A stretch of 64,000 nucleotides of DNA from Psilocybe cubensis (GCA_017499595.2 CM039001.1:1-64000), one strand, 5' to 3'; shown: positions 8,389 to 22,700, counted from the first letter of the stretch. Notes: generated by a model from the sequence alone, not told the origin. Program-made: numbers and translations.

Positions 8389-9317
8389 CAAGTACTCGTC
8401 CTCTCCCAAACTCCTGCCGCTTGTGCCTTCCCAACTCATCCGGGAGCCCTTTCGTCACTGATCTTGCCCTTGACTCGGGGACGTTTCATCGACATGTTGG
8501 CTGCCTCACGGCAAGCGGGGCCCTTTTTCTTTCACTCGCTCACGCCTTCTATGTTGGGTTACGGAGGTCATACAAACTCGTTTTAGTCTAGCTGCGGGGA
8601 TATCCAGCTATGATGACTTTGTAATTCGAGGGCGCGCAGTTCTTCAATGGGTATGGACATCAGGTGAGAGTACACTGGGGGTTGTCAGGACCAGCTCTGC
8701 TGGATACGCTCCTGGCAAGTCGGTTGCAGCCGGCGACACTACCGAATTGCTGGGACGTCCTAAAGCTTGTGGGTACCGCCGACCGCTGGAAACAGCCTAG
8801 GCACCGGTGGCGACCGGGTATGGTAACAATCCCCAAGATTCAGCGAAAGCTGGAATGGATAATCAGCAGCGAATCCGTAACGGTCACGCCGACGGAAGCG
8901 TTCAACGACTAGGTGGTAGTGGGGTCTTCGGATCTTAAGATATAGTCTTGGGAGTGGGGAAACCCACATCTGGTATCTAAACCGCGCCTCGCTGCTTACG
9001 AGGACGGCCCGAAGTCCAGAACCGCTTAAAACGCGGGTGACCCGGCCTCCCCTTAGTAAAGGGAGTTAACACAAGGATGGACAAATAGTTCGTCGCCGGA
9101 AATGAACCTGTGGCTGTAATGGCTGATGTGGCGCCCCTTGGTAAAGGGCTTAAAGGGTATTAGCCTGCCATGTCCAATGGCATGAGAGTGTCCCTTGGTA
9201 AAGGACTTAATAGGCAATAGCCTGCTCTTTTGTCATGAGCGGTATGTAGTGATCGTTTGCCTGTACGGTAGCGCCCATTGCTTGCACTGGTCCACGCCCG
9301 TAAAAAATCACGAGCCG
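8389..9317 (+). ncRNA. Group I intron, copy 2 (929 nt), interrupting the hammerhead at ~8329-9322
   Basis: Apparently identical to 592-1520, with the same CAGCCCT|...GAGCCG|CTGGC junctions. Confidence 0.93.
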
Positions 9318-9431
9318 CTGGCCTTCTTTCTATTTCAAACTCACAGTTTAAACTAGTCGCTCGCACCTCGCTTCGCTCGGTGCTCGCTCCCCCCCTAAAC
9401 CCAACGACTTTGCTATCACCCATCAGTTACC

Positions 9432-12400
9432 ATGTCATCCCAATACTCTGCTGCATTCTCTCGTGCCATGTCCCCTACCCTGGACGCACTCACCCAGGCC
9501 GTCGTCAACAACACTGTCTTCGGCGTCAACGATGAAGCAGGCCGCCATAACGCTCTTATCGACGAGCTGGCCACTGTGGTCATCAAAAAAATAGCTGAGT
9601 GCCGCTCCGTTGACCAAGTCATAGACTGCGTCTTTTTTGACTATCGTGCTGCCCTCAGGGAGTTTCTCCTCAACCTCGCATCGTGGTGCGACAAGAGGGA
9701 AACAGTCAAGGCTAGCCTCGAGCGCCTTGAATCTGCCGTTAGCGCAGGCAACACGCCCAATCGCCTTAAGGTGAAGGCACCCGAGTTCCAACTTACGAAG
9801 GAATTCGCGGATGCCGGGTCAGCGGAGGCTCTTCGAGTCTCCACTACGTTCTCTTCCGCTCGTGATGCCTTCCAAAAGGCAATTAACGACGGCGCCGTTC
9901 AGGCGAAAAAGGACGAGCTGGCTTTTTGGGATGATAAATGCGCGCTCAACTCTTGCTACGAAGCTGCTGCCCTCATCGTTAAGGCAACTTACGATGATCG
10001 CAAATCCAGCTACAAGCTCCCTGTTTTCTCTACAGACAACAAGGGAGTTCGACGTATAGCAGAGTGGGTAGTGTCTCCGCAAAAGAAAGCCGAATGCAGT
10101 GCGCTGCAAACTATACTGCCGGCGATCTTTTCTCATATCAAACAGATTGTCAACATGCGCCACCGCGCCTTGGCAATTAAGATTGAGAAAAAGCGGACGA
10201 CTGCGGCAACAGCCGATGTCGAGATGGCCGATGCGACCAAACCAGGTCCATCGATTCAATCCCTTATTGATAAGGGCTTGAATGCACGTCTCAAAAAGCT
10301 CAACCTTGGATCTGTGGGCAAGAAGGCAAGTTTTCGTAACCCTTCACCCATAATTCTGGACACTAATTATTACTCTAATTACCCAGACTTTGTCTGGCCA
10401 GAATTCGTCCAAGGCTCCTCAACCTCAGGCCAGGAAAGCTGGCCCTTCGAAACCCAAGTCGTCGTCGACGCCTTCGCAGAGGAAGCCTCAAACCAAGGCT
10501 TCCAACAAGGTCGACAACAAGAAGAAAGGGAAGGGGAGAGCTCCCGTCAAGAACAACGATCCAAAGGGAAAGGGAAAGGCAAGAGCCTAGACGCGCGGTC
10601 TACTGTAGCATCATTTACGTCGGTGAGACCCGCCTTCCCCAACTCTATTCCTGACGATATACTCACCATGACTAAAACAGACGCAGTTTCTTTTGTACAC
10701 CTCAATACCCCGATTTCATTCTTATTGGCTGGCCAGTATAGATCTAGTGTACACTGTAGTCCTGGTGTTTCGGTCCCTGTTGATGTAGCAAATGATTTAT
10801 CTCTTGGACTCAATTATATGTTTTTTACACTGCCTTCTAAAAGTCTGATCATGCAAGCATGGAATGATTTTCAACGAAGAATAAGATGGCGTATCTATTT
10901 TTTGTTTAAAGAAGGCATGAATAAACCTTTCGATCCAGACTATGGAGTAAGCTCTAAAAAGAAAGAGAAACCTCCAATGTTACCCGCAATTTATGGAACT
11001 TGGCCTTTCAATGGGACGTCGGTACGTTATTAAAACGATCGCAAGTATCCCGGAAGAAGCCCTTAAAGAGATGCGAAAGCACGCGTTCTCTCCTAAAAGG
11101 GACAAGATCCAAAAGTTTCTTTTCGATAACAACTATGTTATTACGATGACAGATAAGAATCTTGGCCTCGCGGTGTCTGAACGCGACTGGATATTAAGGA
11201 ATGAGCTCAATCTTCTTGAAGATGAACGCAACTACGAAGAGTTAGAATTCGAAGTTGCGCAAGAAGTTATGAAGAGCAAAATGATTCAGATGCAAACTCT
11301 CGCACGTACCGTCGAAGATGAACATCTGTTTCTATTTGAACTTGGGTTGTCTCGATTCTTTCTATCGAATGTACCGGAAGACGGATCATCGTTCAAGTAT
11401 CCTCAATTTCATGGTATACCTAAAATCCACAAGAAACCTACTGGATTTAGGCCCATAATTCCGTGTCACTCTGTAGTATTTAATCCTGCAGCCAAGTTTG
11501 TATCAAAAGAGCTTAAGCCGATTATTAAATCGACTCCTTCAATCATTCACGGAACGAAGGATCTCTTTACGAGATTAAGCCAATTGCGTATAGACCCCAA
11601 ACGACAATGGTATTTTGTCACCGGGGATGTAGTTGCTTTCTATCCCAATATTCCGTTGGACTTGTGCATCGAAATCGTTTGTAATATGTACGAGGAATGG
11701 TTACTCAACGCTTCGGAAGAAAACACTGCATTAGCCCATATTAATCCAAATTCGTTAGAGAATAACTTGGTTAAATTGGGCATCTTTAAACGTGCTATCG
11801 AGATTGGCAATACGCAATTGATAACACAACATGGGTCTAGATATTTTAGACAAAAAAATGGCCTCGCAATGGGCGTCGCGGATTCTCCGGACCTTGCTAA
11901 CCTCTTTGGAGCCCATTTTGAAATAAAGTCAAAAATCTTAGACCACCCAAACGTGGCCTTCTATGGAAGGTACATCGACGATTGTTTCGCAATTGTTTAC
12001 GCCGAGTCCGAAGCACTTGCACTTAATCTTATTAAAGAAACAATAAAGTTCGATGGTTGTGTTATCGAATGGGCTGTTTCCTCGTCGGGATGTCAATTTC
12101 TCGATGCTTTCATATTCAAGGAGTCTGGAAAACTTCATTGGAAGCCATTTGTCAAGACAGGAAACAACCGAGAACGAGTTCCATGGGTATCACATCATCC
12201 TTTGGACGTCAAACGTGGCGTCTACATTGGAGAGTTATCCAGGTTAGCCGTGCTATGTAGTACCAAGGAAATCTACATCGGAGCAATTAGAGACCTTAAC
12301 GCTCTCTATTTGATGCGCGGTTATCCCGAAAACCTAGTCATGTCTTGGTGTAAGAAGAATATACAAGAACGTTGGGAAAAGCGATTCGCTTTACGAGTCG

Positions 12401-12966
12401 CAGAGCACGACGAATCCATTCTTGTACTTAAAACCAGATTTGATCAGGTATGGAATTGGTTTTCAGCTGCTGAACTTGGAAAGACTGTTACCGAGTACTG
12501 GTCGGCATGGTATGAACATGCCGAGAAAGGTCTGTATAGTGCAGACTCGTCCAGACCCCTTATCAAACCAGATCCAAATTACGTTCACGACCTCGATGAT
12601 GTTCGCCCGGAGCTGTTCACACAGATCCTCGTGGACGGAGAAACTGAGTTCGTACCGGATTTGAGGAAGATAGGACTACTCGGAAGTCGTTGGATAGTAT
12701 CGCGAAAGCGCAATACTAATCTTTTCGACCTTGCAAATGTGTGGAAGAAAACAGTCTTTCGTAAACTGGATGAAAACATCGCTGAAAAAGGTGGTGTTGT
12801 TCCCGAAACTCAAAACGTTAATGAAACTTATCATTCTGCTCTAGTTGAAGCTGCTGAACAGATAAGTATCGAAAGTGATAACGAGATAATACTTCATAGA
12901 CGTTCAATCTCACAAGAGAGGGAACATCCAGAATTCGGCAGAATATCCAAATCTTACAACCGATGA
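9432..12966 (+). pseudogene. PLE ORF1-RT copy with a +1 frameshift near 10983-10985
   Basis: TTACCCGCAA versus TTACCGCAA in intact copies. Split into 533-aa and 657-aa ORFs. Could be a sequencing error. Confidence 0.85.
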
Positions 12967-13675
12967 AAAGAATACTAGCGCGTAAGGCGTAAAGCATTAG
13001 AAAAAAACCCTAACCGTAAGTATTCCTTGCTATAAAGTAACAAACATCTACTTACAAGCAACACTTTGGATTAAATAGCTAAACCTAAACCCTAAACCCT
13101 AAACCCTAAACCCTAACCTAACCCCAACCCTAAGCTAACTAAGTCTAACCTTAGTAGGAAGTAAGGTAGGCGTGTGAACTTCCGAACGGCATGTGATTGT
13201 GAAGGGCCGGATCTAATTTAGTACATGGGAAAAGTTACTTAGTACTTCGGGAAAAGTTCCTTAGTACCGTGGAAACATTTTTGATGGACCGGATCATGAA
13301 CTGTCCAATTAAGATTCACAACAATCAATCATTCTATTGTTTGATTGTTAGGTAAGGACCCAGGTAAGCTATTTATACTCTAGACATGTGAATATTCCCA
13401 TGTCGCGGTTACTCGGAGCCACGTAACCAGAGTAATCTATATCCATGTGATTCACATCACAGTCAATAACCCACGATGTCAAAGAACAAAAGTGTTGGAT
13501 CCACTTTTGACAGGTTACCATGTGCCACATCGACCCGTGACACTCTGTTCATCAGAGACCTGTCTAACTTGACAATAAACATTGACAGATTTGTGATAGT
13601 CGGTAAGATACATGACAGCTGCGCAGCATCACTTCACGCGCTGTCATCGGATGTCTAGAACATTCCTTCTAAGAA

Positions 13676-13740
13676 TAGCCACTGAAGAGTCTATAAAGAC
13701 GAAAGGGCTGGTTGTTGGGATCCCCCAACAGCCCTCTGGC
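13676..13740 (+). ncRNA. Intact hammerhead ribozyme
   Basis: GCCA-CTGAAGA...GAAA-GGGCTG...CAGCCCTC-TGGC. Confidence 0.9.
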
Positions 13741-14422
13741 CTTCTTTCTATTTCAAACTCACAGTTTAAACTAGTCGCTCGCACCTCGCTTCGCTCGGTG
13801 CTCGCTCCCCCCCTAAACCCTAAACCCTAAACCTAAACCTAAACCCTAAACCCTAAACCCTAAGCCCTAACCTAACCCCAACCCTAAGCTAACTAAGTCT
13901 AACCTTAGTAGGAAGTAAGGTAGGCGTGTGAACTTCCGAAAGGCATGTGATTGTGAAGGGCCGGATCTAATTTAGTACATGGGAAAAGTTACTTAGTACC
14001 TCGGGAAAAGTTCCTTAGTACCGTGGAAACATTTTTGATGGACCGGATCATGAACTGTCCAATTAAGATTCACAACAATCAATCAATTGATTGTTAGGTA
14101 AGGACCCAGGTAAGCTATTTATACTCTTGACATGAGAATATTCCCATGTCACGGTTACTCGGAGCCACGTAACCAGAGTATTTTATATCCATGTGATTCA
14201 CATCACAGTCAATAACCCACGATGTCAAAGAACAAAAGTGTTGGATCCACTTTTGACAGGTTACCATGTGCCACATCGACCCGTGACACTCTGTTCATCA
14301 GAGATCTATCTAACTTGACAATAAACATTGACAGATTTGTGATAGTCGGTAAGATACATGACAGCTGCGCAGCATCACTTCACGCGCTGTCATCGGATGT
14401 TCCAGAACATTCCTTCTAAGAA

Positions 14423-14489
14423 TAGCCACTGAAGAGTCTATAAAGACGAAAGGGCTGGCTGCTGATAACAATCAACAGCTCTCTGGCTA
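14423..14489 (+). ncRNA. Intact hammerhead ribozyme (G.U variant in stem III)
   Basis: Core conserved. CAGCTC replaces CAGCCC and keeps pairing by wobble. Confidence 0.9.
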
Positions 14490-14593
14490 CTTTCCATTTA
14501 ACTCACAGTTTAAATTAGTCGCTCGCACCTCGCTTCGCTCGGTGCTCGCTCCCCCCCTAAACCCAACGACTTTGCTATTATCCATCAGCCACT

Positions 14594-17500
14594 ATGTCAT
14601 CCCAATACTCTGCTGCTTTCTCTCGTGCCATGTCCCCCACCCTGGACGCACTCACCCAGGCCGTCGTCAACAACACCGTCTTCGGCGTCAACGATGAAGC
14701 AGGCCGCCATAACGCTCTGATCGACGAGCTGGCCACTGTGGTCATCAAAAAAATAGCTGAGTGCCGCTCCGTTGACCAAGTCATAGACTGCGTCTTTTTT
14801 GACTATCGTGCTGCCCTTAGGGAGTTTCTCCTCAACCTCGCATCGTGGTGCGATAAGAGGGAAACAGTCAAGGCTAGCCTCGAGCGCCTTGAATCTGCCG
14901 TTAGCGCAGGCAACACACCCAATCGCCTTAAGGTGAAGGCACCCGAGTTCCAACTTACGAAGGAATTCGCGGATGCCGGGTCAGCGGAGGCTCTTCGAGT
15001 CTCCACTACGTTCTCTACCGCTCGTGACGCCTTCCAAAAGGCAATTAACGACGGCGCCGTTCAGGCGAAAAAGGACGAGCTGGCTTTTTGGGATGATAAA
15101 TGCGCGCTCAACTCTTGCTACGAAGCTGCTGCCCTCATCGTTAAGGCAACTTACGATGATCGCAAATCCAGCTACAAGCTCCCTGTTTTCTCTACAGACA
15201 ACAAGGGAGTTCGACGTATAGCAGAGTGGGTAGTGTCTCCGCAAAAGAAAGCCGAATGCAGTGCGCTGCAAACTATACTGCCGGCGATCTTTTCTCATAT
15301 CAAACAGATTGTCAACATGCGCCACCGCGCCTTGGCAATTAAGATTGAGAAAAAGCGGATGACTGCGGCAACAGCCGATGTCGAGATGGCCGACGCGACC
15401 AAACCAGGTCCGTCGATTCAATCCCTTATTGATAAGGGCTTGAATGCACGTCTCAAGAAGCTCAACCTTGGATCTGTGGGCAAGAAGGCAAGTTTTCGTA
15501 ACCCTTCACCCATAATTCTGGATACTAATTATTACTCTAATTACCCAGACTTTGTCTGGCCAGAATTCGTCCAAGGCTCCTCAACCTCAGGCCAGGAAAG
15601 CTGGCCCTTCGAAACCCAAGTCGTCGTCGACGCCTTCGCAACGCAAGCCTCAAACCAAGGCTTCCAACAAGGTCGACAACAAGAAGAAAGGGAAGGGGAG
15701 AGCTCCCGTCAAGAACAACGATCCAAAGGGAAAGGGAAAGGCAAGAGCCTAGACGCGCGGTCTACTGTAGCATCATTTACGTCGGTGAGACCCGCTTTCC
15801 CCAACTCTATTCCTGACGATATACTCACCATGACTAAAACAGACGCAGTTTCTTTCGTACACTTACATACTCCAATATCATTCTTGTTGGCTGGCCAGTA
15901 TCGTAGTAGTGTACATTGTAGTCCTGGTGTTTCTGTCCCTGTTGATGTAGCAAACGATCTCTCTCTCGGACTTAATTATATGTTTTTCACTCTGCCTTCT
16001 AAAAGTCTGATCATGCAAGCATGGAATGATTTTCAACGAAGAATAAGATGGCGTATCTATTTTTTGTTTAAAGAAGGCATGAATAAACCTTTTGATCCAG
16101 ATTATGGAGTAAGTTCTAAGAAAAAAGAAAAACCTCCTGTATTACCGCAATACATGGAACTTGGCCTTTCGATGGGACGTCGGTACGTGCAACGCACGAT
16201 CGCAAGTATCCCAGAAGAAGCCCTTACGGAGATGCGAAAGCACGCGTTCTCTCCTAAAAGGGACAAGATCCGTAAGTTTCTTATCGATAACAACTATGTT
16301 ATTACGATGACAGATAAGAATCTTGGCCTCGCGGTGTCTGAACGCGACTGGATATTAAGGAATGAGCTCAATCTTCTTGAAGATGAACGTAATTACGAAG
16401 AGTTAGAATTCGAAGTTGCGCAAGAAGTGATGAAGAGCAAAATGATACAGATGCAAACGCTCGCACGTACTGTCGAAGATGAACATCTGTTTCTATTTGA
16501 ACTTGGGTTGTCTCGATTCTTTCTATCGAATGTACCGGAAGACGGATCATCGTTCAAGTATCCTCAATTTCATGGTATACCTAAAATCCACAAGAAACCT
16601 ACTGGATTTAGGCCCATAATTCCGTGTCACTCTGTAGTATTTAATCCTGCAGCCAAGTTTGTATCAAAAGAGCTTAAGCCGATTATTAAATCGACTCCTT
16701 CAATCATACACGGAACGAAGGATCTCTTTACGAGATTAAGCCAATTGCGTATAGACTCCAAAAGACAATGGTATTTTGTCACTGGAGATGTAGTTGCTTT
16801 CTATCCCAATATTCCGTTGGACTTGTGCATCGAAATCGTTTGTAGTATGTACGAGGAATGGTTACTCAACGCTTCGGAAGAAAACACTGCATTAGCCCAT
16901 ATTAATCCAAATTCGTTAGAGAATAACTTGGTTAAATTGGGCATCTTTAAACGTGCTATCGAGATTGGCAATACGCAATTGATAACACAACATGGGTCTA
17001 GATATTTTAGACAAAAAAATGGCCTCGCAATGGGCGTCGCGGATTCTCCGGACCTTGCTAACCTCTTTGGAGCCCATTTTGAAATAAAGTCAAAAATCTT
17101 AGACCACCCAAACGTGGCCTTCTATGGAAGGTACATCGACGATTGTTTCGCAATTGTTTACGCCGAGTCCGAAGCACTTGCACTTAATCATATTAAAGAA
17201 ACAATAATGTTCGATGGTTGTGTTATCGAATGGGCTGTTTCCTCGTCGGGATGTCAATTTCTCGATGCTTTCATATTCAAGGAGTCTGGAAAACTTCATT
17301 GGAAGCCATTTGTCAAGACAGGAAACAACCGAGAACGAATTCCATGGGTATCACATCATCCTTTGGACGTCAAACGTGGCGTCTACATTGGAGAGTTATC
17401 CAGGTTAGCCGTGCTATGTAGTACCAAGGAAATCTACATTGGAGCAATTAGAGACCTTAACGCTCTCTATTTGATGCGCGGTTATCCCGAAAACCTAGTC

Positions 17501-18127
17501 ATGTCTTGGTGTAAGAAGAATATACAAGAACGTTGGGAAAAGCGATTTGCTTTACGAGTCGCAGAGCACGACGAATCCATTCTTGTACTTAAAACCAGGT
17601 TTGATCAGGTATGGAATTGGTTTTCAGCTGCTGAACTTGGAAAGACTATTACCGAGTACTGGTCGGCATGGTATGAACATGCCGAGAAAGATCTGTATAG
17701 TGCAGACTCGTCCAGACCCCTTATCAAACCAGATCCAAATTACGTTCACGACCTCGATGATGTTCGCCCGGAGCTGTTCACACAGATCCTCGTGGACGGA
17801 GAAACTGAGTTCGTACCGGATTTGAGGAAGATAGGACTACTCGGAAGTCGTTGGATAGTATCGCGAAAGCGCAATACTAATCTTTTCGACCTTGCAAATG
17901 TGTGGAAGAAAACAGTCTTTCGTAAACTGGATGAAGACATCGCTGAAAAAGGTGGTGTTGTTCCCGAAACTCAAAACGTTAATGAAACTTATCATTCTGC
18001 TTTAGTTGAAGCTGCTGAACAGATAAGTATCGAAAGTGATAACGAGATAATACTTCATAGACGTTCAATCTCACAAGAGAGGGAACATCCAGAATTCGGC
18101 AGAATATCCAAATCTTACAACCGATGA
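14594..18127 (+). CDS. PLE ORF1-reverse transcriptase, 1177 aa
   Basis: Near-identical to 1632-5162, with intact RT motifs. Confidence 0.95.
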   Translation: MSSQYSAAFSRAMSPTLDALTQAVVNNTVFGVNDEAGRHNALIDELATVVIKKIAECRSVDQVIDCVFFDYRAALREFLLNLASWCDKRETVKASLERLESAVSAGNTPNRLKVKAPEFQLTKEFADAGSAEALRVSTTFSTARDAFQKAINDGAVQAKKDELAFWDDKCALNSCYEAAALIVKATYDDRKSSYKLPVFSTDNKGVRRIAEWVVSPQKKAECSALQTILPAIFSHIKQIVNMRHRALAIKIEKKRMTAATADVEMADATKPGPSIQSLIDKGLNARLKKLNLGSVGKKASFRNPSPIILDTNYYSNYPDFVWPEFVQGSSTSGQESWPFETQVVVDAFATQASNQGFQQGRQQEEREGESSRQEQRSKGKGKGKSLDARSTVASFTSVRPAFPNSIPDDILTMTKTDAVSFVHLHTPISFLLAGQYRSSVHCSPGVSVPVDVANDLSLGLNYMFFTLPSKSLIMQAWNDFQRRIRWRIYFLFKEGMNKPFDPDYGVSSKKKEKPPVLPQYMELGLSMGRRYVQRTIASIPEEALTEMRKHAFSPKRDKIRKFLIDNNYVITMTDKNLGLAVSERDWILRNELNLLEDERNYEELEFEVAQEVMKSKMIQMQTLARTVEDEHLFLFELGLSRFFLSNVPEDGSSFKYPQFHGIPKIHKKPTGFRPIIPCHSVVFNPAAKFVSKELKPIIKSTPSIIHGTKDLFTRLSQLRIDSKRQWYFVTGDVVAFYPNIPLDLCIEIVCSMYEEWLLNASEENTALAHINPNSLENNLVKLGIFKRAIEIGNTQLITQHGSRYFRQKNGLAMGVADSPDLANLFGAHFEIKSKILDHPNVAFYGRYIDDCFAIVYAESEALALNHIKETIMFDGCVIEWAVSSSGCQFLDAFIFKESGKLHWKPFVKTGNNRERIPWVSHHPLDVKRGVYIGELSRLAVLCSTKEIYIGAIRDLNALYLMRGYPENLVMSWCKKNIQERWEKRFALRVAEHDESILVLKTRFDQVWNWFSAAELGKTITEYWSAWYEHAEKDLYSADSSRPLIKPDPNYVHDLDDVRPELFTQILVDGETEFVPDLRKIGLLGSRWIVSRKRNTNLFDLANVWKKTVFRKLDEDIAEKGGVVPETQNVNETYHSALVEAAEQISIESDNEIILHRRSISQEREHPEFGRISKSYNR

Positions 18128-18835
18128 AAAGAATACTAGCGCGTAAGGCGTAAAGCATTAGAAAAAAACCCTAACCGTAAGTATTCCTTGCTACAAAGTA
18201 ACAAACATCTACTTACAAGCAACACATTGGATTAAATAGCTAAACCTAAACCTAAACCCTAAACCCTAAACCCTAAGCCCTAACCTAACCCCAACCCTAA
18301 GCTAACTAAGTCTAACCTTAGTAGGAAGTAAGGTAGGCGTGTGAACTTCCGAAAGGCATGTGATTGTGAAGGGCCGGATCTAATTTAGTACATGGGAAAA
18401 GTTACTTAGTACCTCGGGAAAAGTTCCTTAGTACCGTGGAAACATTTTTGATGGACCGGATCATGAACTGTCCAATTAAGATTCACAACAATCAATCAAT
18501 TGATTGTTAGGTAAGGACCCAGGTAAGCTATTTATACTCTTGACATGAGAATATTCCCATGTCACGGTTACTCGGAGCCACGTAACCAGAGTATTTTATA
18601 TCCATGTGATTCACATCACAGTCAATAACCCACGATGTCAAAGAACAAAAGTGTTGGATCCACTTTTGACAGGTTACCATGTGCCACATCGACCCGTGAC
18701 ACTCTGTTCATCAGAGATCTATCTAACTTGACAATAAACATTGACAGATTTGTGATAGTCGGTAAGATACATGACAGCTGCGCAGCATCACTTCACGCGC
18801 TGTCATCGGATGTTCCAGAACATTCCTTCTAAGAA

Positions 18836-18902
18836 TAGCCACTGAAGAGTCTATAAAGACGAAAGGGCTGGCTGCTGATAACAATCAACAGCTCTCTGGC
18901 TA
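18836..18902 (+). ncRNA. Intact hammerhead ribozyme (G.U variant)
   Basis: Same as 14423-14489. Confidence 0.9.
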
Positions 18903-19538
18903 CTTTCCATTTAACTCACAGTTTAAATTAGTCGCTCGCACCTCGCTTCGCTCGGTGCTCGCTCCCCCCCTAAACCCTAAGCCCTAACCTAACCCCAACC
19001 CTAAGCTAACTAAGTCTAACCTTAGTAGGAAGTAAGGTAGGCGTGTGAACTTCCGAACGGCATGTGATTGTGAAGGGCCGGATCTAATTTAGTACATGGG
19101 AAAAGTTACTTAGTACTTCGGGAAAAGTTCCTTAGTACCGTGGAAACATTTTTGATGGACCGGATCATGAACTGTCCAATTAAGATTCACAACAATCAAT
19201 CAATTGATTGTTAGGTAAGGACCCAGGTAAGCTATTTATACTCTTGACATGTGAATATTCCCATGTCGCGGTTACTCGGAGCCACGTAACCAGAGTAATC
19301 TATATCCATGTGATTCACATCACAGTCAATAACCCACGATGTCAAAGAACAAAAGTGTTGGATCCACTTTTGACAGGTTACCATGTGCCACATTGACCCG
19401 TGACACTCTGTTCATCAGAGACCTGTCTAACTTGACAATAAACATTGACAGATTTGTGATAGTCGGTAAGATACATGACAGCTGCACAGCATCACTTCAC
19501 GCGCTGTCATCGGATGTCTAGAACATTCCTTCTAAGAA

Positions 19539-19603
19539 TAGCCACTGAAGAGTCTATAAAGACGAAAGGGCTGGTTGTTGGTACCCCCCAACAGCCCTCT
19601 GGC
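19539..19603 (+). ncRNA. Intact hammerhead ribozyme
   Basis: Core conserved. Stem III loop reads GGTACCCCCC. Confidence 0.9.
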
Positions 19604-19710
19604 CTTCTTTCCATTTAACTCACAGTTTAAACAAGTCGCTCGCACCTCGCTTCGCTCGGTGCTCGCTCCCCCCCTAAACCCAACGACTTTGCTATTACCC
19701 AACAGCTACC

Positions 19711-22700
19711 ATGTCTTCCACTTACTCTGCTGCCTTCTCTCGTGCCATGTCCCCCACCCTGGACGCACTCACCCAGGCTGTCGTCAACAACACAGTTTTT
19801 GGCGTCAACGACGAAGCTGGCCGCCACAACGCCCTCATCGACGAGTTGGCCACTGTCGTCATCAAGAAAATAGCTGAGTGCCGCTCCATTGACCAGATTG
19901 TAGACTGCGTCTTTTTTGACTATCGTGCTGCCCTTAGGGAGTTTCTCCTCAACCTCGCATCGTGGTGCGATAAGAGGGAAACAGTCAAGGCTAGCCTCGA
20001 GCGCCTTGAACTTGCCGTTAGCGCAGGCAACACCCCCAATCGCCTTCGGGTGAAGGCTCCCGAGTTCCAACTTACGAAGGAATTCGCGGATGCCGGGTCA
20101 GCGGAAGCTCTTCGAGTTTCCTCTACGTTCTCCACCGCTCGTGATGTCTTCCAAAAGGCAATCAACGACGGCGCCATTCAGGCGAAAAAGGACGAACTGG
20201 CCTTTTGGGATGATAAATGCGCACTCAATAACTGTTATGAAGCTGCTGCCCTCATCGTTAAGACAACTTACGATGATCGCAAATCCAGCTATAAGCTCCC
20301 CGTTTTCTCTACAGACAACAAGGGAGTTCGTCGAATAACAGATTGGGTAGTGTCACCGCAGAAGAAGGCTGAATGCAGCGCATTGCAAACCATTTTGCCA
20401 GCCATTTTCTCTCATATCAAACAGATTGTCAACTTGCGCCACCGCGCTTTGGCAATCAAGATTGAGAAAAAGCGGTCGACTGCGGCAACAGCCGATGTCG
20501 AGATGGCCGATGCGACCAAACCAGGTCCATCGATTCAATCCCTTATTGATAAGGGCTTGAATGCACGTCTCAAGAAGCTCAACCTTGGATCTGTGGGCAA
20601 GAAGGCAAGTTCTCGTAACCCTTCACCCATAATTCTGGATACTAATTACTATTCTAATTACCCAGACTTTGTCTGGCCAGAATTCGTCCAAGGCTCCTCA
20701 ACCTCAGGCCAAGAAAGCTGGCCCTTCGAAATTCAAACCCTCGTCGACGCCTTCGCAGAAGAAGCCCCAAACCAAGGCTTCCAACAAGGTCGACAACAAG
20801 AAGAAAGGGAAGGGGAGAGCTCCCGTCAAGAACGATCCAAAGGGAAAGGGAAAGGCAAGAGCCTAGACGCGCGGTCTAATGTAGTACCTTTTACGTCGGT
20901 AAGACCCGCCTTCCCCAACTCTATTCCTGACGATATACTCACCATGACTAAAACAGACGCAGTTTCTTTTGTACACTTACATACGCCGATCTCATTCTTG
21001 TTGGCTGGCCAGTATCGTAGTAGTGTACACTGTAGTCCTGGTGTGGTGGTCCCTGTAGATATAACAAATGATTTGTCGCTCGGACTCAATTATATGTTTT
21101 TTACTCTGCCTTCTCAAAGTCTGATCATGCAAGCATGGAATGATTTTCAACGAAGAATAAGATGGCGTATCTATTTTTTGTTTAAGGAAGGCATGAACAA
21201 ACCTTTTGATCCAGATTACGGAGTAAGCTCAAAAAAGAAAGAGAAACCTCCAGTATTACCGCAATACATGGAACTTGGCCTTTCGATGGGACGTCGGTAC
21301 GTGCAACGCACGATCGCAAGTATCCCGGAAGAAGCCCTTACGGAGATGCGAAAGCACGCGTTCTCTCCTAAAAGGGACAAGATCCGTAAGTTTCTTATCG
21401 ATAACAACTATGTTATTACGATGACAGATAAGAATCTTGGCCTCGCGGTGTCTGAACGCGACTGGATATTAAGGAATGAGCTCAATCTTCTTGAAGATGA
21501 ACGTAACTATGAAGAGTTAGAATTCGAAGTTGCGCAAGAAGTAATGAAGAGCAAAATGATCCAGATGCAAACTCTTGCACGTACCGTCGAAGATGAACAT
21601 CTGTTTCTATTTGAACTTGGGTTGTCTCGATTCTTTCTATCGAATGTACCGGAAGACGGATCATCGTTCAAGTATCCTCAATTTCATGGTATACCTAAAA
21701 TCCACAAGAAACCTACTGGATTTAGGCCCATAATTCCGTGTCACTCTGTAATATTTAATCCTGCAGCCAAGTTTGTATCAAAAGAGCTTAAGCCGATTAT
21801 TAAATCGACTCCTTCAATCATTCACGGAACGAAGGATCTCTTTACGAGATTAAGCCAATTGCGTATAGACCCCAAACGACAATGGTATTTTGTCACCGGG
21901 GATGTAGTTGCTTTCTATCCCAATATTCCGTTGGACTTGTGCATCGAAATCGTTTGTAGTATGTACGAGGAATGGTTACTCAATGCTTCGGAAGAAAACA
22001 CTGCATTAGCCCATATTAATCCAAATTCGTTAGAGAATAACTTGGTTAAATTGGGCATCTTTAAACGTGCTATCGAGATTGGCAATACGCAATTGATAAC
22101 ACAACATGGGTCTAGATATTTTAGACAAAAAAATGGCCTCGCAATGGGCGTCGCGGATTCTCCGGACCTTGCTAACCTCTTTGGAGCCCATTTTGAAATA
22201 AAGTCAAAAATCTTGGACCACCCAAACGTGGCCTTCTATGGAAGGTACATCGACGATTGTTTCGCAATTGTTTACGCCGAGTCCGAAGCACTTGCACTTA
22301 ATCTTATTAAAGAAACAATAAAGTTCGATGGTTGTGTTATCGAATGGGCTGTTTCCTCGTCGGGATGTCAATTTCTCGATGCTTTCATATTCAAGGAGTC
22401 TGGAAAACTTCATTGGAAGCCTTTTGTCAAGACAGGAAACAACCGAGAACGAGTTCCATGGGTATCACATCATCCTTTGGACGTCAAACGTGGCGTCTAC
22501 ATTGGAGAGTTATCCAGGTTAGCCGTGCTATGTAGTACCAAGGAAATCTACATCGGAGCAATTAGAGACCTTAACGCTCTCTATTTGATGCGCGGTTATC
22601 CCGAAAACCTAGTCATATCTTGGTGTAAGAAGAATATACAAGAACGTTGGGAAAAGCGATTCGCTTTACGAGTCGCAGAGCACGACGAATCCATTCTTGT